A stretch of 64,000 nt of DNA from Stegostoma tigrinum (lineage: Eukaryota): NCBI RefSeq assembly GCF_030684315.1, contig NC_081362.1, positions 95,649,187-95,713,186 on the forward strand, written 5' to 3'. This document shows positions 48,866-60,491 of the stretch, in pieces; within the stretch, counting starts at the first letter, position 1; each line of letters begins with the position of its first letter. The notes beneath the pieces were generated by a model. It did not search any database. It worked only from the letters and a program-made list of their open reading frames with translations, and had not been told where the DNA came from. The translations under genes were made by a program, and so were the position numbers.

Positions 48866-48990
48866 CGTAAAATCCCAAATCATATCGCTTTCTTGTTACC
48901 ACCAACTCCAACAGACAGCGACAATCAGTACGAAAGCACAAACACTCGCACCAGTCGCACCGATGACTGTACCCAATGATACCCTGTGAA
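48866..48990 (-). CDS. Transmembrane exon of the butyrophilin/B7-like gene (125 nt; in-frame stop at 48896-48898)
   Basis: Acceptor tgttttgcag|, donor TACG|gtaagc. Phase 1 reads (I)HRVSLGTVIGATGASVCAFVLIVAVCWSWW*. Confidence 0.65.
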
Positions 48991-49734
48991 CTGCAAAACA
49001 TTCAGACATTGCTGTGACATTCACATATTCTCTCAGTCCCACAACGCAAGAACCTCAGAGATGCTTTCTGACTATCGCAGTTTAAACATTTATGTCTTAA
49101 ATCAACAATCTATTCTGCTGAATGTCAGGAACAAGGATTCTCAACCTTGTTCTGAAATGCCTCCAAGGCCCTCGTTCCGTCTTGTGATCTCGTTCGCGCC
49201 TACAACAATGTTCGCTGCCATCTTGTGCATCCTTGAGTTTAATTGCTCCTGCAATGCTGGCTAAGCCTTCAAACTGCTTAGGGTTTAACCTCTGGAAATT
49301 CCCTCTCGGCTCTGCCTCCCACTTTCCTTAAGTGTTTCCTTGTCTCTTTGGCCAAGTTTCCGTACGTGACTATTTCATTCTTTGCTGGATGATATTCTTT
49401 GCTGCTAGTGGTTGCTGCCCTCCCGGACTCCTCCCAAAACAGACAGGCACAGAGGGTCTCCAAGTGGCTGAAGCAAAGCAAGACAGGAATCGTGAAGAAG
49501 TCTCAGCACAGAGTGCTGGAGCAGGGGAGGATGTGGTCAATTTCTTTCATCAAGTTTCTGGCTTCCAACTCATTGGAACATCACTGCCAGTTCCAAATGA
49601 TACAGTTGCTCTAAGAAACGATGGTTTAATACAACTTCCATTCTCAATAACTAAGATTACAGTTACTGTTGGAAGCTAGGTATAATCCAGACACCAAAAG
49701 AGACCAACTGATACCAAAGACTGCCAAATAAACA

Positions 49735-50040
49735 ATGAGACTAGGACCTGGGGACATAGCATCAGAGTGAAGGGATGAACCTTTCAAACTGCAATGTGGA
49801 CAAATTTCTTCAGCCAGAGGCTGGTAAATCTGTGGAACTCACTGCTGCAGAGGGCTGTGGACGCCAAGTCATTTACTGTCTTTAAGACAGAGATAAGTAG
49901 GTTCTTGATTAAGGACGTCAAAGTTTATAGGGAGAAGGCTGGCAAATGGGATTGAGAAACATATCAAGCTGTGATCGAATGGCGAAGCAGACTCAATGGG
50001 TCGAATGACCTAATTCTGCTCTTGTATCTTATGGTTTTAT
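49735..50040 (+). mobile_element. CR1 3' end
   Basis: TRTWGHSIRVKG..FFSQRLVNLWNSL, with a TCTTATGGTTTTATG tail. Confidence 0.8.
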
Positions 50041-50471
50041 GAATGACTTTCAATAGAAAATGTTTTGTTGGCAAAAAGTCAGACCATAGAAAGCCAGTCT
50101 GCCTATTTAATCTGTGCTAGCTCTTTGAAAGTGCTGTCCAATTGGTCCCACTCCTCCATTTTCTCTCCCTAGACTTGGGAACGCTTCCTTTTCAAGTATT
50201 TATCCAACTCACTTTGCCCCCTCCACTTGTGCATGCAGTGCATTCTAGATCATCATAACTCAGAGTAAAACAAAATTCTTATCCTTAGCCGTCATTATTA
50301 CCAATTGTCTTATAAGCTTTGAGAACAGACCCCCAGAACAGGCTATGAAATATCAGAATAGAGCAATCCACTGAATAAAAGCTGGATTTAATTTTTCAGG
50401 CTGCATTAGACAGTTTCACTTATGTTACGCATTTCACACACTTTTACCGCAATACCATTTGCCATACTCAC

Positions 50472-50753
50472 TCAGCGTGAAAGTAGACGACAATCCCTCA
50501 TCCAGCTCCTGGTCCCACATCGTGCATGTGTAGTTGCCAGTGGGCCAGTTATCCATTTCTAGCGTGCTCTTCACACAGACACTGCCACCTGTGCAGTTAG
50601 TTAGCTGTGTGTGCGAGTAGCTGGTCAGATTCTCGCCTAGTCCATTTTCCCAGATCACGCTAGGAGCCGGGTACCACCCTGAGGACTCGCAGACCAGCAC
50701 CAATAGACCCAGGTCATCGGAAGGTGAATGAATGACAGGCTGCGTGCCAAGAG
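50472..50753 (-). CDS. Butyrophilin/B7-family IgC exon (282 nt, phase 1-1)
   Basis: tttttcctttgcag| (A)LGTQPVI..LVLVCESSGWYPAPSVIW..GNYTCTM..TFTL A|gtgagt. CxSxGWYPxP is a BTN/B7 hallmark. Confidence 0.9.
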
Positions 50754-51204
50754 CTGCAAAGGAAAAAGCAAACAATCTGAACTGAGTCAGCAAGGCAGAT
50801 GAAACCTTACCTCATTGAGTCCTCTTTAAAACACCAACACTGCTGTCCTTTGGGGCTCTCACAGGACAACTGCTTGAGAATCGATGACCCTCTATGGTTA
50901 CAGTTATGAGGTGGGAATAGGGCAGGGAAGGCCAGAAGAGAAGGGGACGGAAGCAGACTCTTGTTGAAGTTGAACTGGCTTCAGTAACTGCCTTTAACAA
51001 CAAGTTGACGTGCCATGTGATCCTGGGCTTTACGAACAGGGACAAAAGAAAGGAAATTATGGTTAACCTTCAAAAAAATAACAGTTAGGCATCAACTAGG
51101 ATCATGTGTCCAATTCAGGCAATTAATCTCAAGGAAGCATAAAAAACCCTAAACGAGGTGCAGAGGAGATTTACTTAAAATGAGACCACGGTTGACACAA
51201 ATAA

Positions 51205-51430
51205 ATGCTAAATTCTGCAGATGCTGAAAATCTGGAATAAAAGCGATGGGCTGGAGAAACTGAGCAGGTCCATCAGCATCAGCAAAGAGAGGTCCAGAAC
51301 CAACGTTTAGAGTTGAGTGTGGGTTCTGAAGAAAAGCAATACTGGACTCAAAACGTTAACTCAGGTTTTCCTCTCTCCAAAGATACTACCAGATCTGCTG
51401 AGCATCTCAAGCATTTTCTGTTGGTATTCC
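51205..51430. mobile_element. Old fold-back non-autonomous Penelope-like derivative with a degenerate hammerhead (~51326-51357)
   Basis: Imperfect inverted ends (GCTGGAGAAACTGAGCAGGTC / GATCTGCTGAGCATCTCAAGC) around CTGAAGA...AAAACGTTAAC. Confidence 0.55.
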
Positions 51431-52454
51431 ACAAATGACACACCCCAGTTTTGTATGTGGAGAAGACAGGGGTGTTTTCCTTTGAATGGAGAAGACCAAG
51501 GCAGGGTGGGGAAAGTGGCACGGATTCTCAAACTTAAGAGTTTGTGTGAAGGAGCTACTGCTTCTGGAGGCAAAAGGATCAGAGGCCAGAGTTGGGATAA
51601 CTGGGAACAAATTGAAAAGGAGAACATTTTCTTAATTGTAGCACATTATGATTTGGAATGTGCTGCTTGAAAGGGAAGTGGAAGCAGATTCTATGTTTAC
51701 AATCAGTAAGCAACTGGATAAATACACAATAGGAAGATTTGCAGAGATATGGACAATTAAGCAGGTCAGTAGGACCAAATGGAGAGTCAATTTTCAAAGA
51801 GTCAAAGCTAGTTCCAGTGGGAGGAATAGCATCTTCCTGTGCTGTACAATTCAACATAATTCACATGCATATAAAAGATGGTGACACTGGCAGATGAGTT
51901 AATTCAAGTTCAATATTCTTCAGCAAACAATGTCCTTATTCTCTCAACGTTTCTGATACATGCCACCACATAGCTGGCTGATCTTGTGGTCAAATTAAAT
52001 TCCAAGAGATTTAATAACAACATCAGGTAGTCTGTGGCAGCAAATGAAAAGTTCAGAAGTGAGAACCCGGTTGCTGTACTTTTCAGCAATAGCCAGCTAA
52101 AAAAATACTTGATATTAAGATTTCTGCGCGTTGTTCAATCACAATCTTTTGCCAGGACCCACCCTCTTCACTGTGCTCTGAAAACTTGGCCCTTTGAATC
52201 TTACAGCCATGGCTCAGGGACAACTCTTTCATCTCCCAAGTCAGAAAATCAGGAATCAATGTGGCAGGTGACCTGGAGCAGACAGCTATCTTTGCTCCAG
52301 TACAAATCACAGTTAAAAACCTAAAGGGAAATAAATTCCTTCTATCATTGATTATTTTTCTATTATTTCATAGACTGATTGCACTGCAACTGACGAGAAG
52401 CAGTCAATTTCCCACCACTCACTTGCATCTTTAACAATCCAGTCGCCATAATGG

Positions 52455-52775
52455 TCCCCACAGAATCCCTTCAGTGTGGAAGCAGGTCATCCAGCCCATC
52501 ATGTCCACACCGATCCGCCAAGGAGCATCCCACCCAGACCTACCCCCCTAACCTATCCCTCTAATGCTGCATATCTATGGGTAATCTATGACAGATAATA
52601 TATGACATTATGAGCAATTTAGCAATGGCCAATCCACTCTAACCCGCACATCCTTGGGCTATGTGATGAAACCAAAACACATGGCAGAAACCCGCACAGA
52701 CGTGAGGGTGGAATCAAACCCAAGTCCCTGGCGCTGTGAAGCAGCAGTGCTACCCACTGAGCCACCATGTCGGCC
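52455..52775 (-). mobile_element. HE1-like V-SINE, internally deleted
   Basis: - strand head GGTGGCTCAGTGGGTAGCACTGCTGCTTCACAGCGCCAGGGAC and CR1-like tail. Confidence 0.8.
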
Positions 52776-53309
52776 CAAAACCATAAGTGTGGGACCATAA
52801 GAAGTAGGAGCAGAAGTAGACCATTTAGCCCATTGAGTCTATTACATCATTCAATGAGATCACAGTTGACCTGATAATACTTCCATTTTCCTGCCTTTTC
52901 CCTATAACCCCTGATCCCCTACTGATTTAGGTATATTCAAGGCTGGGATACATTTTAACAACACAGCGTCTACCGTAAAGAATTGCACAGATTCACTACC
53001 CTCACAGGAAACCTCTTATCTCTGTCTAGAAATGACGACCCCTTATTCTGAAAGTGTACCCTCTGGTCAAGCACCAGTGTACCAGATGCTCCTGCTTGGG
53101 GAAACAACTTCTCCATAGCTGCCCCAGAACTTTACTTATGCTGCTTGGCAGATGGCAGAAGCTTCACACAGTGCTCAAACCCTCCACCTCCAGAACTTCA
53201 CCATCATCTGTAACCTAATTAATTGAATTTGTTAAGAAACGTGAGGGGTTTTAAAGAAATTCTCATTGCAAACGGTGTGCTTGCAGGTTCCAGCCATATC
53301 CAAGTGAGC

Positions 53310-53700
53310 AACATTCTCATCTCACTGTCAGAATGTTGTAACTTTGAAGCTTCAGAGACCAGAGTACTACTCTGAGACAACACTCCCAGTGCAACACTGA
53401 GGTAGAGTTCCACTGCCGGAAGAGCTATCTTTCAAATAAGGAATAAAACCAGTGTCCAACTTGCCCCCTCAGTTGGAGTTACAGAAATCCCACAGCCACT
53501 ATTCTCAAAAGCTGGTGGAGAAACTCTTCTCGGCTGTCTTGGCCAGGACATGACACGGTTATCAAATGCTACTTGTGAGACCTTGCTGAGTGTCAACTGC
53601 CTGCTACACATGCTACGCTACAACAACCACGACAACTCAAAAATCTCTCATTATTCTGCAAACTGCTTTGTTCATAATAAAAGATGCCATATAAATTCTC
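53310..53700 (+). mobile_element. DeuSINE-like relic
   Basis: CTCCCAGTGCA..CTTTCAAATAAG..TAAAACC..CCCTCAG.TGGA..ATCCCA..CACTATT and a 3' ATGCCATATAAAT tail. Confidence 0.55.
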
Positions 53701-53979
53701 TCTCTCATTTGGCTCCAAAAGGGACTCAGAAACTATCCCCTGACAAGGAGTTATTCAGCTATCTCATTAAGACCACAGTGTGTCTCAACTCCACACCCCA
53801 TCCAACTCTGAAAATTGACCGGAGAAGCTCAGTGCATCCAGGTAACTATGTGGCACTCGGCAAATATATGTCTCCTGTGACGATGCTCTGGCTTTAAAAG
53901 GGGTATTTTGTGCTGGTTTATTCAAGAGAACGCTTGGAGGACACGAACTGAACAGTCTACTAGAAGACGAACAACTTAA

Positions 53980-56900
53980 GAGACATATAGCATGGAAACA
54001 GACTGTTCGGTCCAACTTGTCCATGCTGATCAGATATTCTATATAAAATCGAGTCCCATCTGCCATTAAAACCTTTCCAAACGCATACCCATCCAGATGC
54101 CTCTTAAATGTAACTATATCAGCCTCCACCACTTTCTCTCATCGCATATATGCGCCACCTTCTACATGAAGAAGTTGCCCCTTAGGTGCCTTTTATATCA
54201 TTCCCCTGCCACCTTAAACCTATGTCCTCTAGTTTTGAACTACAACACCCTGGGGAAAAGACCTAGTCTATTTATCCTATCCATGCCCCTCATGATTTTA
54301 TAAACATCTACAAAGGTCACACCTCAGCCTTCGACTCTCCGGGAAACAGCGCCAGCCTATTCAGCCTCTCCCTGTAGCTCAAACCCCCCAACCCTGGCAA
54401 CATCCTAAATCTTTTCCGAACCTTTTCTAGTTTCACAACTTCCTTCCTAATGGCAGAGAGACCAGAACTGCATGCAATACTGCAAAGGTGGCTGAGCCAA
54501 AATGTCCTGTGCAGCTGCAACATCCCAACTCAATACACTGAACAATAAAGGCATGCATACCAAACGCCTTCTTCACTGTCTTGTCTACCTGCGACCCTAC
54601 TTTCAAGTTTCACTTGCAAGGTCTCTTTGTTCAGCACCACGCTTCAGGACATTACCATTAAGTGTATGCAAATCAGGGCAGAATGTCTTTCCAAAATGCA
54701 GCACTTATTTATCTAAATTAAACTCCACCTACCACTCCCTGGTCCACTGGCCCCTCTGAACAAGATTTCATTGTACTTTGAAGTAACCTTCTCCACTGTC
54801 CACCACATCTCCAATTTTATGTGTCATCTGCAAACTTACTAACCATATGTCCCATGTTCACATGCAAATCATATAGAAAATGACAAAAGGCAGTGGACCT
54901 AGCATTGATACTTGTAGTACACTGCTGGTCACAGGCCTTCAGTCTGAAAAGCAACACCCATCACCATCCTCTGTCTTTGACCTTCGAGCCAGTTCTGTAT
55001 ACAAATAGCTACCTCTCCCTGTATTTTGTGTGATCTAACTTAGTTCACCAATCTACCACGAAGAACCTTGTCAAATGCCTTACTGAAGTCCATATAGATC
55101 ATATCCACCACTCTGCCCTCATCAACTTCTTCAAAAAAAACTCAATCAAGCTAGTAACACACGATTTTCCATGTACAACGCCATGTTGACTATCCCTAAG
55201 CAATCCTTGGCTTTCTAAATACATGTACAGCCCATCCTTCAGGACTCCCTCGAACAACTTGCCCATCGCCGATGTCAGGCTCACTGGTCTATAGTTCCCT
55301 GACATTTCCTTTCCACTTTCCTTAAATAGTGGCAACACGTTAATCAACCTCCAGACTTCCGGTACCTCACCTGTGGCTGTCAATGATAAAAAAGTGTCTC
55401 AGTAAGGGGCTCAACAGTCTCTTCCCTAGCTTCCCAGAGTTCAAGCATACACACCGAGTTGGCTTGCTTCCGTTCAGACGTTTCTTCACCATGCCAGGTA
55501 ACATCATCAGCGAGGCTTCCTACAAAGCAATGTTGTTTCACTCTGCTTGGGATTTATATTGTCCGGTCTGTTACGGTGAGTTGTGTCATTCCTGGTTTTG
55601 GTTTGTATATAGGTTCAATTCTAAAATGTTTATTGATTGCATTATGGGTTGAGAACCATGCCTTTAAGAATTCCTGCCCATGTTTATGTTTGGCTTGGGC
55701 TACTATGGTTATGGCGTCCCAGTTAAACTGTTGGCCTTCACTGTCCAAATGTATGATATTAGGGAAAGTTAATGGTGTCATTTTGCTGCTAGCTGATGTT
55801 TCGTGTATTCTGGTGGCTAGTTTCCTTCCTCTCTGTCTGATGACATGTTTGTGGCGATCGTTGCGTGGTATTTTGTAAACCATGTTGGTTCCACATGTTG
55901 TGGGAATGGGGTCTTTAATCCTTGCGAGTGTTTGTCATAGAGTGGCTGTGGGCTTGTGGGCCACCGTGATTCCTAGTGGTCTTAGAGACTTGTTGTCAGT
56001 CCTGATAGGTTCTTCATGTAGGGCAGTGTGGCCAGTGTATTAGGGTGTACTGTGTCCTCTTGTTGTCTATTTAGTAGGCACTTACAGATGAAGTTGCAGG
56101 ATAATCGTTTGTAGCGAAGATTTTGTATAGGTACTCTTCCTCTTTCCTGCATAGTTCTGGCATGTTACAGTGAGTAGTGGGGCGTTTAAATAGTGTCCTA
56201 ATACAGCTTTGTTTGTGGACGTTGGGGTGGTTGCTGTGGAAGTTGAGGATTTGTTCAGTGTGGGTTGCTTTTCTGCAGAGTGAGGTTTGGAACTCTCTTT
56301 TGGCCATATGATCAACTCTGATGTCCAGAAATGGAAGCAGATTGTGGTTTTCTTCTTGTGAATACGTTGATGATGAGGTGGTGGGTCTCCAGTTTGGTGC
56401 TTTTAATGATGACAAACGTGTCATCCATGTACTGGGTCCACAGTTAGGTTGAAGGAGGTAGGCTAGTGTGTTCTAATCTTTGCATGACTGCCTCTGCAAT
56501 GAATCCTCAGATGGATGACCCCTAGGTGTGCCATCGATCTGTTTGTATGCTTGGCCATTAAAGACAAAGTGTGTGGTGAGGCACAAGTCTCGTTACTTAA
56601 CTATGTTGTCATTGCTGATGGAGCTGCTGCTTTCTCTAATAATGTGGCCACACAGTTTCCTTTAGCTAGTGGGATGTCGAATGATGTGTTTAGAGCTATG
56701 ATGTCAAAGGAGGCCATAACCTTGTTGTCACCGATTTTTATCTTCTTTAGGGTATTGAGGAATTCTTGGGTTGAGTGGATGGAATGGCATGATCCATCGA
56801 CAAGGTGTTTCGGTCTCCGTTGTAGGTCCTCAGCCAGATTGTGTGAAGGTGTGCCCGTAAAACATGAGACAATGCATCTGAGGGGGATGTCTAGTTTGTG

Positions 56901-58170
56901 TATTTTAGGGAGTATGTAGAAGTGGGGGAGATGGCATGGGGGTGGTGGTGTTTGTATTTTCTGGTTTCATTCACATGTAGTTCATCTTGGTTATCTGTCC
57001 TGCATCCTTTCATCTCTTCAGTGTCTGGGTGACCCTACTTCCCAGCTGTAATGTTGGGTCTATCGCCCCCTGTTGGTAAGTGAATTCCTAGAGGCATGGC
57101 TCTCAATCCATAATGCAAATCAACAAAGAATTGGACCCCATATACAAACACATACAGGGCAAAACTGGAAGTGACAATTCACCATAACAGACCAGCCAGT
57201 ATAAATTCCAAATGGAGTAGAACAACATCGCTTCATCAGAGGCCTCACTGGTGAGTTTACCTAGCTTGGTGACGAAACATCTGAACGAAAATAAGCCAGC
57301 TCAGCAAGCAAGTCAATAGCCTCACCCACAACCCGAGCTATAAATCTTTTCAAAAACCTTCCAGCGTACACCTTTATGCATTTTAAGATGTTCAGCACCT
57401 CCACTTTTGAAATATGGACATTTTTCAAGTTATTGCTACTTTTCCCCATGATCTATGTTCCAGATCCTTCTCCACAATAAACAATGATGGAAAATGCTAG
57501 TTTCGTATCTCACCCATCTCCTGGGTTCCACACGTAGGCAGCCTTGCTGATCTTCAAGGGGCTCTTCTCCCCCCCCTCTCCCCCCCCAACCCCGAGTACT
57601 CTTTTGCCCTTAATGTACTTATAGAATCCCTTTGGATTCTCCTTAATTCTATTTGTCGAAACTATTTCATGTCCCTCTTTTTATCCTCCTGATTTCCCTC
57701 TTAAGTATACTCCTACTGCCTTTACACTCCTCTGGGACTTCACTTGATCCCTGTTGTCTGTACCTGACATTAACTTCCTTCTTTTTCCTAGACCAAAACG
57801 TCAATTTCTCTAGTCATCCAGCCTTGCTCTTCACCTTAATGGGACCATATTGTCTCTGGACTCCTGTTATCTCATTTGTGAAGGCTTCCCATTTTCCAGC
57901 CATTCTTTTACCTGCAAACATCCGCCCCCGATCAACTTTTGATCGTTCTTGCCTAATACCTTCAAAATTGACCTTCCTCCAATTTAGCACTTGAATTTTT
58001 AGATCCCATCTATCCTTTATTATCACTATTTTAAAACTAGTAGAATTATGATCACTGGCTCCAAAATATGCTCCACCATCGACAGCTCAGTCACCGGCCC
58101 TGCCTTATTTCCCAGGAGTAGGTCAAGTTTTGCACCTTCTCCAGTAGGCACATCTGCATACTGATTCAGA
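53980..58170 (-). mobile_element. Decayed CR1 (53980-55440 and 57361-58170) interrupted by a Poseidon-type element
   Basis: GNYRPVSLTS, SQHG, LNWRKVNFEGIRQE and GAKLDLLLGN on the - strand. Confidence 0.85.
55455..57360 (-). mobile_element. Decayed Penelope/Poseidon-type element with an inverted arm (~57083-57360, +); hammerhead motifs at 55477-55510 (-) and 57248-57281 (+)
   Basis: LPFLDI..SNHPNVHKQSCIRTLF and VYKIP..GRKLATRIHE..QEFLKAW. The + strand arm repeats the 3' end including the terminal extension. Confidence 0.85.
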
Positions 58171-60143
58171 AACTTGTGAAGCTTGAGTTTTTGTTTTAAG
58201 AAATTTTGAACAATAGAAGCACCCTGAGTGGGTGTGATCATGCTCCCACCCACAGTTCCAGGATTTTTAGCTTTCAGTGGCAGTTGCTGTTCAGGTCTTG
58301 AAGTGGAAGCTACCTTTCCCCCCCACCCCCTCTCAATCACAGCCAAAAGCAGGGTGTTCTCTTCCTGGGCTGCTGGATTGCACAAAACAAATCTGTTTGG
58401 CAAATGTGCCTTTTTGCCAAAAAGGTGTGTTAATGGAATGTTACTATACTAAATAGTTAATTAGTAATTGTTAGTGTACCCAGTATTCTGTTAATTTTTC
58501 CAACAGAGTCAAGTTATCCTGAATTCCTCTTTCTTTGCGTATATTTTAACTACAGTCTTTGAATAAAATGTGTTTTGCTTAACGTCAAGTAGTTCAACAA
58601 GCCGAACTGTATCTGAAACACCACACCTAATGTTTTACCTTTAAAGTAAGAAAAGGTTAGGGTCTAGGCTACCTTCTTAATATATTGCGAGGGGTCTGGT
58701 CTGGTCCATAACACCACCCTAGCTTAGGCCCCGTGATCAGTATCCCAGGCCATAAAAGGAAACAGATTCACAAGAGCTGCTGTTCTATATCCTCAGTGAC
58801 TGGGAAAGACTTGAAACAGTTATATTGGACAGAAAGAACTCTCACGATTATTACAAAGCAAAACAAAAAGGCAGGATGAGTAAGCTGTAGAGATATGACC
58901 CTAACCTGAGCTGCTCACCCCAAATCCCTTAAGACTGAAGATGCCTACTTCTGCTCCTGCATAGTATAAACCATCTCCACACTTCAGTTCAATTGGCTAC
59001 ATGGCCAGAGGATGAGGCAGAATGACTTTTACTGTGGAAATTGAAGGCCCGCATAGCTCCTTGTCTTGTCCCTAGCTTAACATGCAGACCCTCTCAAGTT
59101 GTGTAATCAATTCACACTTTCTCTGTTCAACAGGGGTAGACGCGATCACTTGTGAACTATGCAGTTACCATACAAATCAGCCCATTTGCTGGGGGAAAGT
59201 GGCCCATGGTTGTGTTATGTCCAGGTACAACTTGTTTGAGACTATTGTGGTCAGACCCACAATCTCCATAAATCTGAGCACCTACAAAACTGGGCTGCCC
59301 AAATCTTAACTCATCCAAAATCAAAAGTCCCATTCTTCAATTATCCTTCCAGGAAAGAAATCTAGGTGTGCAAGGGACTCCAACATGACTGATCCTCAAC
59401 TGGCTCACTTCAGAGGGTAGTTATCAGCCCGATCTGCAGGCAACCAGGGAGATGGAAAATAGAAATCCACCTTGCCAGAAACCCCTCCACTGCACGAAAA
59501 AGAGGGTAATAATAATTATAATTTCTAAAAACTCCACCCACAGAGGAGTCACCACCCAGGAACCAATAACATTTAGTAGATCAAATGTGCACTGTATAAC
59601 AACCAATGAGACGATTACGGTATATACGTTACTTTTATCAGCCCAACGAGATGACAGACAATGCATTCCAAGGCAGAGGCATCATACACGTTTTAAATTA
59701 CCTTGTCCAGATGGGAGCAGCAGTACTTCCATTGAAAGTACTCCTCTCCAGATCCCTTCTGCTTTTAAAAAGCACTGATGAATAAGGAGGCAGCAATGTG
59801 GCACATTGTGTTAGAGCTCTGACATACGACCACAAGTAATAGCAAATGTCTCAAGCCATGATCCCAATCCCACACACGATGATTTCCTGGACTCGCTTGA
59901 GCTGCTGTGGAAAGATGCTGGGCGCAGATTGAGGGAAGGAACACAAACAAAGCCCAGGACAGGATTTAATTTTGATTTTTAAAAATATATATATATATCT
60001 GTATAATAAATGCTTTTAGTATCCAAGTTTAAATACTGCTTTTCTCCAATCATGATCAGACTGACACCTGTACAAGAGTTTCTGAAAGAAGCAATGAATC
60101 CATTTTTGTTTTCGTCAATGAGATGAGAGTTACCTATTCTTAC

Positions 60144-60491
60144 CTCTTATACTGAGCAAGACTTGCATCTCAGTGCTTTGGGAACGGGTGGCAACGGAGA
60201 GTTTGTAGATACCAGAGTCAGAGAGAGTAATGTTCCTCAATCTCAGAGACACATTCCCTTTTGGAATCTCATTGTCAAAGACCTCGACTCTGTCACGGTA
60301 GCTGGGCTCCTGCTCCTCCAGGCTGCTGTGCCTCATTGTGTAATTGTAGATAATCCCTGCAGCATCCTCCTTCTTCCAAACGAAAGCCACGCTGCCAGCC
60401 TTGTTTCTGGAATAAAACCGGCACTGGATGATGTCATCTTCCCCAGCCTTGGCCGTGATTTGCTCCTCTTTGCACTTCACTTTAACAGGAC
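60144..60491 (-). CDS. Butyrophilin/B7-family IgV exon (348 nt, phase 1-1)
   Basis: tcaatctacag| GPVKVKC..GEDDIIQCRF..FVWKK..QEPSYRDRVEVFDNEIPKGNVSLRLRNITLSDSGIYKLSV..LSIR G|gtaaga. Splices in frame to the IgC exon. Confidence 0.9.

Noticed and set aside
50811-51030. Extra exon just upstream of IgC (donor GAG|gtaagg at 50810)
   Set aside because: Would leave an intron of only ~57 nt and gives no Ig-like translation.
58172-58712. Solo LTR (AATAAA, ends ...CATAACA); similar LTR-like stretches at ~35510-36400 and ~37200-37830
   Set aside because: No second copy, PBS/PPT or clear TSD could be verified by eye.
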